Below, piece after piece: positions 12,645-24,859 of a stretch of 64,000 nt of DNA. Under the pieces are notes generated by a model. That model was not told the DNA's origin, searched no databases, and was given only the letters and a program-made list of their open reading frames with translations. A program made the position numbers and the translations under genes. This stretch comes from Macrostomum hystrix (Eukaryota > Animalia > Platyhelminthes). Position 1 is the stretch's first letter. The number at the start of each line of letters is the position of its first letter. The DNA lies in assembly GCA_950097015.1 (NCBI GenBank), contig CATNEN010000038.1:29512001-29576000 (forward strand), in the 5' to 3' direction.

Positions 12645-14780
12645 CACCATCTGACAGAACTAAGTCACAGTCTGACTAAAGTAAGCAACTGTCTGACTAA
12701 CCACCACGATAGTCTGACTGAAGTAAGCAACTGTCTGACTAACCACCACGATTCTCTGACTGAAGTAAGTAACTGTCTGACTAACCACCACGATTGTCTG
12801 ACTGAAGTAAGCAACTGTCTGACTGAAGTAAGCAACTGTCTGACTAACAACCACGATAGTCCGACTGAAGTAAGCAACTGTCTGACTGACCACCGTGATA
12901 GTCTGACTGAAGTAAGCAACTGTCTGACTGACCACCATGATAGTCTGACTGAAGTAGCCACGATCTGACTGAAGTTAGTCACAGTCTTCTGACTGAACTA
13001 ATTCATCTATGACTGAAGTAAGTCACTGTCTGACTGAACTAATTCATGTCTGACTGAAGTAAGCCACAGCCTGACTGAACTAATTCATGTCTGACTGAAG
13101 TAAGCCATAGTCTGACTGAACTAATTCATGTCTGACTGAAGTAAGCCACAGCCTGACTGAACTAATTCATGTCTGACTGAAGTAAGCCATAGTCTGACTG
13201 AACTAATTCATGTCTGACTGAAGTAAGCCACAGCCTGACTGAACTAATTCATGTCTGACTGAAGTAAGCCACAGCCTGACTGAACTAATTCATGTCTGAC
13301 TGAAGTAAGCCATAGTCTGACTGAACTAATTCATGTCTGACTGAACTAATTTATGTCTGACTGAACTAATTCATGTCTGACTGAACTAATTTATGTCTGA
13401 CTGAAGTAATTCATGTCTGACTGAACTAATTCATGTCTGACTGAACTAACTTATGTCTGACTGAACTAATTCATGTCTGACTGAACTAATTCATGTCTGA
13501 CTGAACTAATTCATGTCTGACTGAACTAATTCATGTCTGACTGAACTAATTTATGTCTGACTGAACTAATTCATGTCTGACTGAACTAATTTATGTCTGA
13601 CTGAACTAATTCATGTCTGACTGAACTAATTCATGTCTGACTGAAGTAAGCCATAGTCTGACTGAACTAATTCATGTCTGACTGAACTAATTTATGTCTG
13701 ACTGAACTAATTCATGTCTGACTGAACTAATTCATGTCTGACTGAAGTAAGCCATAGTCTGACTGAACTAATTCATGTCTGACTGAACTAATTCATGTCT
13801 GACTGAACTAATTCATGTCTGACTGAACTAATTCATGTCTGACTGAACTAATTCATGTCTGACTGAAGTAAGCCACTGTCTGACTGCCTGAACTATGTCA
13901 CGGTCTGACTGAATTAAGCCTCCATCTGACTAAAGTAAACCACAGTCTGACTGAAATTAATCACAGTTTGACTGAACTAATTCACTATCTATCTAAACTA
14001 AGTATTTTAGAATTTCGGTATTTGGCAATACACAAGAATCCACTTGTAAGCCATGAAAGCCATAGTCTGACTGAACTAATTCATGTCTGACTGAAGTAAG
14101 CCACAGCCTGACTGAACTAATTCATGTCTGACTGAAGTAAGCCACAGCCTGACTGAACTAATTCATGTCTGACTGAAGTAAGCCACAGCCTGACTGAACT
14201 AATTCATGTCTGACTGAAGTAAGCCACAGCCTGACTGAACTAATTCATGTCTGACTGAAGTAAGCCACAGCCTGACTGAACTAATTCATGTCTGACTGAA
14301 CTAATTCATGTCTGACTGAACTAATTCATGTCTGACTGAACTAATTTATGTCTGACTGAACTAATTCATGTCTGACTGAACTAATTTATGTCTGACTGAA
14401 CTAATTCATGTCTGACTGAACTAATTCATGTCTGACTGAACTAACTTATGTCTGACTGAACTAATTCATGTCTGACTGAACTAATTCATGTCTGACTGAA
14501 CTAATTCATGTCTGACTGAACTAATTCATGTCTGACTGTACTAATTCATGTCTGACTGAACTAATTCATGTCTGACTGAAGTAAGCCATTGTCTGACTGA
14601 ACTAATTCATGTCTGACTGAAGTAAGCCACTGTCTGACTGACTGAACTATGTCACTGTCTGACTGAATTAAGCCTCCATCTGACTAAAGTAAACCGAAAG
14701 TTTGACTGAACTAATTCACTATCTGTCTAAACTAAGTATTTTAGAATTTCGGTATTCGGCAATACACAAGAATCCACTTG
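12645..14780 (+). repeat. Compound 20/21-bp minisatellite (gtctgactgaactaattcat / gtctgactgaagtaagc...) with internal block duplication
   Basis: Tandem units throughout. The unique tail ...aagtattttagaatttcggtatt.ggcaatacacaagaatccacttg occurs twice (~14000-14046 and ~14733-14780). Confidence 0.95.
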
Positions 14781-15342
14781 GTTAGCTACAGAAAGAAATA
14801 TACTATTTATTAAGCTGTAGATTGTTTTCCACGCGACTCATAAATAAAGTTTATGTGTCCTAATCGCTGCGTGTCAGACCTAAACCTAACACATATTTTA
14901 TTTTTAATTTAGTTTTTGCTGTTTCGCCAGTAACTCGACTGAAACTTTAATTGTCTCAAAATTATTTACTGAACTGAATCCTGCTTTTTTAAACTTGCAA
15001 GACGAGTTGAAAAACGTCAGTTGGTAAAATCAAAATTTTCACTCACGCTGGTGCACTAGAGTATATGCTTAAGAATATTCTATTGACGTCATAGATGTAG
15101 TTAACTATTTTGCTCCGCAATTTGCTGAGTAAGCAACAAACCACCCGACTGTACGTCAGCACATTGCATTGAATGTGTGGCTAGCTATTGTGTGTACTTT
15201 TGTGAGTGGCTTATGTATATATTAATGAGCTAGAAACCCTAACTTGCTTAACTTACTTTTTAATCGCGTTTTTCTCCGGCTGGGCCTTGTTATAATAAAT
15301 AAAATATTTGTTTGTATTCATTTTCCAGTCACCAGTTTCTGC

Positions 15343-18300
15343 ATGGACTCGTAAGTAGACACTTATTTCATCTTCTTTTTCTTGATTAGTTGCAGCTAAA
15401 ATTTATTCCTCGAATTATTTATTGTTCTATTTATTTCCTGTTAGTGAATTTCTCTGTTTCTCTTCGCAGGTCGAACTGGAACGCTATGGAGATTGCTGGG
15501 ATTCATAAACGACTGCCTGATATGCCGGAAAAGGTTAGAAGCCTATTTTTGCCTTTTCACTGGTCCATTATTAGTGAATCTCCAGCTGAACTTTCATTCA
15601 AATATAGTCACACTACAAGTCATATTTTTCGATTAACTTATAAAGCTACTATCCAATCAATCAATTGATTCCCTTGGATTAGATTAATGAAGGTCAGGAA
15701 ATCCCTGACCTTCATTAATCTCTGGCCAGACCTTCATTAATCCCCGGCCTAATCTTCATTAATCCCTGGCCAGACCTTCATTAATCCCCGGCCTAATCTT
15801 CATTAATCCCTGGCCAGACCTTCATTAATCCCTGGCCAGACCTTCATTAATCCCCGGCCTAATCTTCATTAATCCCTGGCCAGACCTTCATTAATCCCTG
15901 GCCAGACCTTCATTAATCCCTGACCAGACCTTCATTAATCCCTGGCCAGACCTTCATTAATCCCTGACCAGACTTTTATTAATCCCTGACCAGACCTTCA
16001 TTAATCCCTGACCAGACCTTTATTAATCCCTGACCAGACCTTCATTAATCCCTGGCGAGACCTTCATTAATCCCTGGCCAGACTTTCATTAATCCCTGGC
16101 CAGACTTTCATTAATCCCTGGCCAGACCTCATCTTTCACTCTCGTTTGTCGTCAATCCATCCCTTTGTATTTATCCCATATCTTCCCTGATTAATTATCA
16201 CATTTTCCCTTAGTACATTCTGTTAATTTGATCCCATTTCGTCTCGCCGCTCAGGCTAGCGCTATCATCGCCAGCCTGACGCCTTGCCCGGCCGACTATT
16301 GCGCCATAGCCGACCTGATGTCCGCCAGCTTCGAGGCTGGCCTCAAACTGTCCGGGGGCAAAGACCCTGCTGTTAAAATGCTCTGCTCCTATGTAACTAA
16401 GCTGCCAACTGGTAGTGAGGTTGGCGACTACCTGGCCTTGGATCTGGGCGGCACTAATTATCGGGTACTTATGGTGCGCCTGCATGGATCTGACAAAGAG
16501 CCAGAAATACTCGAGGATGTGTACGCTGTGCCGCAGGTAAATGGTTACCATGCAGTATTAGCTGAGGTAGAAAGTCGCGATGATCAAGTTAATTTCCGCG
16601 CGAATGTCCTACGTACTCTACTGATAGCGGCAGTGATAGAAAATTATGATTAAATTAAATATATAAAATCATGTTTCGATAATGACGAATTAATGGCGCA
16701 ACTTCAGAGTGGCAGTATAAATATTTTATTGTGTTTCAGGAAGTAAATAGAAATTCTAGACAAAATTAACAATCGATTTAACCTTATTCGAATTAACAAT
16801 CGAATTAAATTAACAATTTATTTTAATTGTTTTGCTAGCAAAGTGTCTTATTAGTTGCTATTAGTTACTCTCCTAGTAGATTGATGCAAGGGTGAGTGGC
16901 GAAGCGGTTAATGCGTTTGTCTCTCGTGCCAAGGTCCCTGAGCTCGATTCCACGGCGAGGCCACATTTAATTACGGAGCAGTCGCGGAGAGAAGGCTTGG
17001 GGGCTTGTCGTGCAATTTACGCCATTCCCCAATCTACTCAATCCCCAATCTACTCAATCCCCAATCTACTCAATCCCCAATCTACTCAATCCCCAATCTA
17101 CTCAATCCCCAATCTACTCAATCCCCAATCTACTCAATCCCCAATCTACTCAATCCCCAATCTACTCAATCCCCAATCTACTCAATCCCCAATCTACTCA
17201 ATCCCCAATCTACTCAATCCCCAATCTACTCAATCCCCAATCTACTCAATCCACAATCTACTCAATCCCCAATCTACTCAATCCCCAATCTACTCAATGC
17301 CCAATCTACTCAATCCCCAATCTACTCAATCCCCAATCTACTCAATCCACAATCTACTCAATCCCCAATCTACTCAATGCCCAATCTACTCAATGCCCAA
17401 TCTACTCAATCCCCAATCTACTCAATCCCCAATCTACTCAATCCCCAACCTACTCAATCCACAATCTACTCAATCCCCAATCTACTCAATCCCCAATCTA
17501 CTCAATGCCCACACCAACCAAATCGCAGGAGCTGATGCTGGGCAAAGGCTCCGACCTATTCGATTTTATCGCCGGCACTTTGTCCGACTTTCTCAAAGAC
17601 AACAATCTCAGCGTTCAGCCGGGTAAGGCCAAGTTCAAACTCGGCTTTACATTCTCGTTTCCCGTTGAGCAGCACAGTCTGAGCAGTGGCAGCCTGATCA
17701 TGTGGACTAAAGGCTTCGCCGCTAGCGGAGTTGTTGGCCGAGATATCTGCCAGCTGTTGCAGCAGGCCATTGACAATGCTGGCCTGCCTATTACCTGCGT
17801 TGCCTTAGTTAATGACACCGTTGGCACGCTGGCTTCTTGCGCTCTGAAAGATCCCAGATGCCTCATTGGCGCCATCGTGGGCACCGGATCCAACGCCGCC
17901 TACGTTGAAAAGCGCTCCGCTATGGAAAAATACGCGCAGGAATTGGCCAAATGCGTTAAAGACAATCTCGGACCGGTGGGGCCTGTTGTGGTCAACACCG
18001 AGTGGGGAAATTTCGGTTGGGACGGATGTTTAGACAAATTTCGCACCGACTTCGATAGAGAGATCGACCAAAAAAGCCTAAATCCAGGATTTCAGGTGCG
18101 TTAAAGGATTCTATAGCTCGTCGTAGTAAATTAACTGACCTAAAATTTAAGAGGATTTAGTTCCTAGAATTCCTGTGGAATTCCATTTCATAGAGTCCTG
18201 TGGGATTCCATTTCTTAGAATACAGTGGGGTTTCATTTCCTACAATCCAGTAGGATTCCATTCCCTTGAATCCTCAGGGTTCCATTTCCTACAAACCAGT

Positions 18301-20648
18301 AGGATTCCATTTCCTACAATCCAGTAGGATTCCATTTCCTAGAATCCCGTAGGATTCCATTTCCTAGAATCCCGTCTGCTCGTAGGGTTCCATTTCCTAC
18401 AATCCAGTAGGATTCCATTTCCTACAATCCAGTAGGATTCCATTTCCTACAATCCAGTAGGATTCAATTTCCTACAAGGAAATTCCATTTCCTTGAACCC
18501 TGTAGGATTCCATTTCTTAGAATCCCGTATGATTCCATTTCCTACAATCCAGTAGGATTCCATTTCCTACAATCCAGTAGGATTCAATTTCCTACAAGGA
18601 AATTCCATTTCCTTGAACCCTGTAGGATTCCATTTCTTAGAATCCCGTATCATGATTCCATTTCCTAGAATCCCGTATGATTCCATTTCCTAGAATCCCG
18701 TATGATTCCATTTCTTAGAATCCCGTATCATGATTTTATTTCCTAGAATCCTGTTTGATTCCATTTCCTAGAATCCTGTGGGATTCCATTTCCTTGAATT
18801 CTGTATAATTCCATTTCATAAAATTAGTTTATTTTTCTAATTTCACAAGATTGCCTCGATTAAAGTTCTTTATATCATCGCTTGCGCTCACACTTAAACC
18901 CGTGCACTATCTGCCCAATCAGGTATTCGAGAAGCTAATCAGCGGCATGTACCTTGGCGAGGTGGTTCGCTTGGCCATTAAATCGCTGGTTGCGGACAAG
19001 GTACTATTCAACGGTAAAATGCCCAAGTCGCTAAAGCAGCCGATGACTTTTCACACGAAATACCTGAGCGAAATTGAGCGCGATCCGCCCAGACATTTTT
19101 ACAGCGCCGAGCAGTTGCTCACGGTTGACCTTGGTGTGTCCCTGGTTCACCCCCTTGACGCCATGATTATCAGAGAGATCTGCGAGGCTGTGTCCACCAG
19201 ATCGGCGTATCTGGTGGCAACGGGCATCGCCAGTCTGTTGCGTCGGATCCAGCCAACCTCTCACGTGACTGTCGGCATCGACGGTTCGCTGTTCAAATTT
19301 CATCCGTGCTTTTCGGACCGGATGAAGAAGAAATTGAAGGAGCTCTGCCCGAAATTTGAGGTTTGTTATCCCGGCGAACGAGAAATCATTGAATATTCCT
19401 GCTTACCATTGACTTATGAGACCCAAAAGCTATCTTAAAATTTTTCAGCATTTCTGAATAACAAAATATTCACCTAGCTTCCCCTGCCAATAAACTTAGC
19501 AAACCCTAGGAGGGTAGCAGGCAATTGCACATCATTTGGTGACACTAGACCCGCAGCCAGCGAGGAGACAATTGTGCCCATTTCGCTGACTCCTGAGCAC
19601 ACACACACAGGTGTGTACATCAGCCCTGAATTTATTATTTTTAGGTAGTGTACACTTGCACTGTGCTTTGGAGGTTTGCCCTCGAAGGCGTAAATTGTAC
19701 AACAGCCACCAAGCCTTCTCTCCGCGGCTGCGCCCCAAATGAATGTGGCCTCGCCGTGGAATCGAACTTAGGGACCGTGGCGCGAGAGGCAACCGCGATA
19801 ACCGCTCTGCCACTCACTCACCGTAATTCCCTTAGGTTCTATAGTTTGAGATTGAAATTCACTATCCTAGATTCTTCTAATCCTGGGAATTCCCTAGCTT
19901 CCCCTAATCCTGGGAATTCCCTAGCTTCCCCTAATCCTGGGATTCTCTAGCTCCCCATAGTCCTGGGAATTCCCTAGCTCCCCATAATCCTGGGAAATCC
20001 CTAGCTCCCCATAGTCCTGGGAATTCCCTAGCTCCCCATAATCCTGGGAATTCCCTAGCTTCCCCTAATCCTGGGAATTCCCTAGCTTCCCCTAATCCTG
20101 GGATTCCCTAGCTCCCCATAGTCCTGGGAATTCCCTAGCTCCCCATAATCCTGGGAATTCCCTAGCTTCCCCTAATCCTGGGAATTCCCTAGCTTCCCCT
20201 AATCCTGGGATTCCCTAGCTCCCCATAGTCCTGGGAATTCCCTAGCTCCCCATAATCCTGGGAATTCCCTAGCTCCCCATAATCCTGGGAATTCCCTAGC
20301 TCCCCATAGTCCTGGGAATTCCCTAGCTCCCCATAATCCTCGGATTCCCTAGCTCTCCATAGTCCTGGGAATATCATAGCTTCCCCTAATATTTGAATTC
20401 TCTAGCTTCCCCAGTTTCTCGGAAGTGTTTGGCTTTTTCGTAACTTGTGCATTTTTTATCTGCCTTATCTTATATTATCTTCTAAACCATTAACTTCTTG
20501 TCCTCCAGAACTATATTAGTGATTTCGAAGCGTGGCTTTTTGAACTCATAGCTTGAAATGTTTGCCCTGCTGTGTGTTTCAGGTCACTCTGAAACTGTCC
20601 GAAGACGGAAGCGGCAAAGGAGCGGCTGCTATCGCCGCCCTGGTCTGA
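15343..20648 (+). CDS. HK: Hexokinase, single-domain, ~474 aa; exons 15343-15350, 15470-15533, 16255-16536, 17529-18095, 18923-19360, 20583-20648
   Basis: Motifs LALDLGGTNYRV, LGFTFSFP, WTKGF, LVNDTVGT, IVGTGSNAAY, VNTEWGNFG, FEKLISGMYLGE, GIDGSLF and SEDGSGKGAA. All GT-AG junctions keep frame (1425 nt). Confidence 0.95.
15681..16130 (+). repeat. 22-bp minisatellite (ccagaccttcattaatccctgg) in hexokinase intron 2, starting with a hairpin
   Basis: About 19 tandem units; the first unit is paired with an inverted copy at 15681-15698. Confidence 0.95.
17027..17510 (+). repeat. 16-bp minisatellite (ccccaatctactcaat) in hexokinase intron 3
   Basis: About 30 near-perfect units ending ~18 nt before the acceptor at 17528. 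Confidence 0.97.
18165..18820 (+). repeat. ~25-bp minisatellite (ggattccatttcctacaatccagta) in hexokinase intron 4
   Basis: Degenerate tandem units. Confidence 0.93.
19868..20415 (+). repeat. 27-bp minisatellite (cctgggaattccctagctccccataat) in hexokinase intron 5
   Basis: About 20 tandem units, most containing the palindrome GGGAATTCCC. Confidence 0.95.
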
Positions 20649-20854
20649 TTGATGACTGCCAAATATGCGCCACGGCATAGACAGAGTTTGCTATGGAACT
20701 AGCTAGAGGATTATTCTGATTCTAATATTCAGCGGTTGATTGTCTTAAATAGGTCATTTGTTTTAATTTTTGCCATAAGTTGCATTCACAAAAATGTAAG
20801 CTAAAATTTTAGCTGCATATTTTATGTTTACGATTAGCAAAGTTCCTACTTCCT

Positions 20855-21022
20855 AGAATCCCGCTTCCTAATCTATGAATCCCGCTTCCTAATCGATGAT
20901 TCCCGCTTCCTAATCTATGATTCCCGCTTCCTAATCTATGATTCCCGCTTCCAAATCTATGATTCCCGCTTCCTAATCTATGAATCCCGCTTCCTAATCT
21001 ATGATTCCCGCTTCCTAATCTA
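20855..21022 (+). repeat. 21-bp minisatellite (ttcccgcttcctaatctatga) downstream of the hexokinase stop
   Basis: About 8 tandem units. Confidence 0.93.
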
Positions 21023-21594
21023 AAGTAGAAATCTAGATTGCAATTTTTTCAAATCCAAATTCTTCTTGTTTTGCTTTAAGTTTTTGTGAACGCAACTAAA
21101 TTTCTAACTGATAAAAGGTAAAATGTGTCTTGTTTTTTTACAGATAAATGTTTGTTTAGGTATAATATGAAACTGCAGAATAGTTTAAGAAAGTCCTTTT
21201 TAAATGCTTAAAAACTTGTCGAAAATGCCAAAGTTTCTTCATTTTTTCTTTTGAAAGTGGTTTTTTCTATTATTTCATCTTCAATACGTCCCAACTGCGA
21301 ACATTTTCGGTATCTGGGTGCTGCTATATCTTAATCATTATTGCTTTTTTTTTACTCGTATTTAATCAATTCTGTTGGACCAGTTTTTGTGATACTTTTT
21401 TTAAACGCCCATTACCCTCGTAAATGTTGTTAAGATTTCAAATTATGTATCATTTTCTGTTTGATAGTTCAAGCTAATGTATTTTGCTTATGTGTACTCA
21501 GTGAACAAGCCAACAAAAGAACATAAAATCACCAATGAATCTCGTCTGGTTTATTGTAGCCATCAGCAATTAGCAGCCATTAACTTCCTCACGA

Positions 21595-22024
21595 TCAACC
21601 CCACAGCCCCCTTCCCCAATGTACACTGGCTCTATCGGTCAACCCCACAGCCCCCTTCCCCAATGTACACTGGCTCTATCGGTCAACCCCACAGCCCCCT
21701 TCCCCAATGTACACTGGCTCTATCTGTCAACCCCACAGCCCCCTTCCCCAATGTAAACTGGCTCTATCTGTCAACCCCACAGCCCCCTTCCCCAATGTAT
21801 ACTGGCTCTATCGGTCAACCCCACAGCCCCCTTCCCCAATGTACACTGGCTCTATCTGTCAACCCCACAGCCCCCTTCCCCAATGTACACTGGCTCTATC
21901 TGTCAACCCCACAGCCCCCTTCCCCAATGTAAACTGGCTCTATCTGTCAACCCCACAGCCCCCTTCCCCAATGTAAACTGGCTCTATCTGTCAACCCCAC
22001 AGCCCCCTTCCCCAATGTACACTG
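21595..22024 (+). repeat. 44-bp minisatellite (tcaaccccacagcccccttccccaatgtacactggctctatc.g)
   Basis: About 10 near-perfect units. Confidence 0.95.
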
Positions 22025-22610
22025 AAACGTAATTCATGCAACATTACATTACAAGGCAAGAGCAGCTTTATTTATCCCTCAAAATAAAATTCCTATGCGT
22101 GTCGCGTTTCAAAGCGGGTGCTTCGTTTGTTCAGCCGCCAATAGCCCAATATTTCTTTTTTCCCCACTGAAGAATTTTTGGTAGCATGTTTTTTCAATAT
22201 TATATTGACCCAATATCACTTGTTAACATAGCTATAGTTACTATCTGTAGCTCCATTGTGTATCCCATCCCTCCAACAATAAGTAAATAACAGCTGACCG
22301 AGTAAGCTATAGAACTATAGCAAGTCTTGCCCTATCTAGCTCGGTAACATAGAATATAAAATATTCTCGATTGTTTTTTTTGACGTCGGTAAAATTTAAA
22401 AGTAACTCTGTCGAAGTTAATTTATTCATTTTTTAATGCGTTTCTTTAGTGAATTTGTAAAAAAATCCTTATAATGATATGTACATTCGGGGCATAAGTT
22501 GAAGTGTAAATGTACATCAAGGAGCAGAGGTTGTTAAAAGGGATTGTAAAATCAATGTACATCAAAGGGCAGTGGTTAAAGAGTATTTGTAAAAAATTGT
22601 ACATGAATTC

Positions 22611-24418
22611 TTATTTACCAAACATCAAATCTTCTGTTAATGTACAGAAGAAGCTTGTGAGCATTGTTGCCTCAGTGATGCCATCCTGTCTTCTCTGAAG
22701 ACTCACGTTTCTGGCAGCTCGTTTAAGACATGCCAGAAGATTGAGTTGTTCTCCACAGCTAGCTGACTCGCTCTCCAGTGCAGCCAGCATCTGAGTACAG
22801 CCGCAAATTCTACTACGCGTCTCGGGCATGTAGGCGTAAAAAGCGACGAAATTTTCCACTGAGCTTAGTCTGCTACTTATAGAATCCATGGGCAGTAGTG
22901 CAGGTGAAATGTTAGCACCGATATTGTTTGTATCGTGTTGAAAAATCAGCAACAATTTCGGCTTCCGGTTTAGGCTGCTACTGTGAATTAGAGGCTGCAG
23001 CAGAGCCGACGGATTAGCCGCGATTTGCTTGACAACTGAATCCGTGGAAAGTATGCCATGATCATTGTCGACCATTTCTCCATCGCCGGCTGTTTTATCT
23101 GGCAGCCTTTGAACCAGCAAGACTATGGCCAGGCTGTTTGTGTGCGAATGATCTATGCTGGAAACTTTATTTGGTTGGGTTGATATTTTTAAGGTCTGTG
23201 TACATGGGTTTAGTCCATGGACATGAATTTCCAGCTTGAAGAACTGAACTTGAATAGTTAATTATAAGAACTCATTTACCTGCTTGAATTTCGCCCAGTA
23301 TTTCGTCTAATCCTTTGGGATTATAAAAATTGTGCGTTAAAAATCCCCATTGACGAAACAGCCTACTGGCTACTCGCGGCGGGCTGTCTAACCTGCTGCT
23401 GCTGCTGCTGTTGCTGCTGTCGTCACCAAAGAGGCTGAATACCAGTGCGAAGCTACGCAATTCAGTTTCAGCATTCTCTGATTCACCTACAGCAGGCTGA
23501 CTGTCAATAAAAATAAAACTTTTTTGAATGTTTCTACTCGTATACATAAATGGTTAAAAATAGATTTTCGCGTCCAACTCGAACCTCCAAGGGTTTTTAA
23601 TGTCAAATCACTCATTGATTCCCTATCAGCTCTCAGCTGTTTCCCCATAGAACCGTAAGGTAGCATGTGCCCACCCTGGGAGGTTGAAGCAATGGGACTG
23701 ATCCATCAGACCCCTGAAAACGCCCACCCCACCTCCGCATCTCATTGTTACGGTTCACTCGAGCTTGACGAGACATTAACCTTTGAATTTCCTAATAATT
23801 TACGCGAAACCCTTAGCGCTTTTCTTAAAAGTTATGTGAATATACGAGTAATAATACTTCGAAACTATAACCTAAACTATAACTAAAACTATAACTAATT
23901 ATTTTTTACTTAATCATTATTAAGCGAACTCAATTATTGAGACCATTAAGCAACGATTATGCAATACCACGCACCTCACCTCCCAAAACTTAATGTACAA
24001 TGTCGGGCCAATCAGAACGCGACAGGGCTCGGTATTAGTACACTACGCAGGGTCAAAGCATGGGAATAGACGATTGGGACCTTGGCCAATGATCAGACCA
24101 CAACTCAGCTACCAACCATCACTAGGACGGGTGCTTATGGGAGACGTAGGGCCTGATCCCCTTCCACTATGGGATCAGCACCGTGGGTTTCTCAGCGCTC
24201 GCCTTTAGCAATGCCCGAGCTTCAGCACTATAATAACCAAACATTCAGTTCGAATATTCGATATGAAAGCCTCACTCTTTTAGGCAGCGATCACCTGGCA
24301 GCTCGTGTTGCTCATGGGTTGTACTCTTCTTGTCTGATGCACTGTAAGCCGATGTACTTTTAGCTGCAGAAGCTTTCGACTTTTGACCACCGATCCAGCA
24401 GCACAATGCTTTCCTCAT
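22611..24418 (-). CDS. Caspase-fold (peptidase C14-like) protein lacking catalytic His and Cys, ~333 aa; exons 24418-24276, 23500-23280, 23248-22611
   Basis: Colinear caspase landmarks: FALVF, RLFRQWGF..FYN...EIL, IDHSHTNSLAIVLL, SLNRKPKLLLIFQ, ENFVAFYAYMP, LNLLACLKRAARNVS, CTLTEDLMF. GT-AG junctions keep frame; the second intron is only 31 nt and is less certain. Confidence 0.75.
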
Positions 24419-24859
24419 GTTTTATTGGACGATTTCAGTAGAAAAGCTAGTTTAAAATCCTCATTTTAACTTCTATCGTTTGATCACTTAAATACCATTG
24501 CAGTTGCCAGTTGGTAAGACATTTTTAGCTACCTATAAAATACTTTCACTTGTGCAATCGGGTCGAATGAAACAAAAATTAGGACCACCCATGAACAGCA
24601 GTTACTGGTTATAATAACAAATAACTATGGCTCACAAAACCGCGCTGCAAATGGTCGAGTGTAGCAACTGTGCGAAAATGTTCCTCGAGTTAGAAATGAC
24701 ACGGCAGAATCTGTTGGACTATGCACCTTTTCCTTATGACAAAATTATCTAAAGCTGAACGCGCGTTTTTCCGGATCTATTTCCGGAGTTTGTATATTAA
24801 AAAAATAATGGTGACGCAAAAACGTAAGTGACCGTTTGAAGTTTTTGCGGCCTAAAGTG

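Noticed and set aside
16892-17626. Repetitive ORFs (PIYSIPNLLNPQSTQS)n apparently fused to hexokinase
   Set aside because: Translation of an intronic 16-bp minisatellite; a canonical acceptor at 17528 gives a normal hexokinase.
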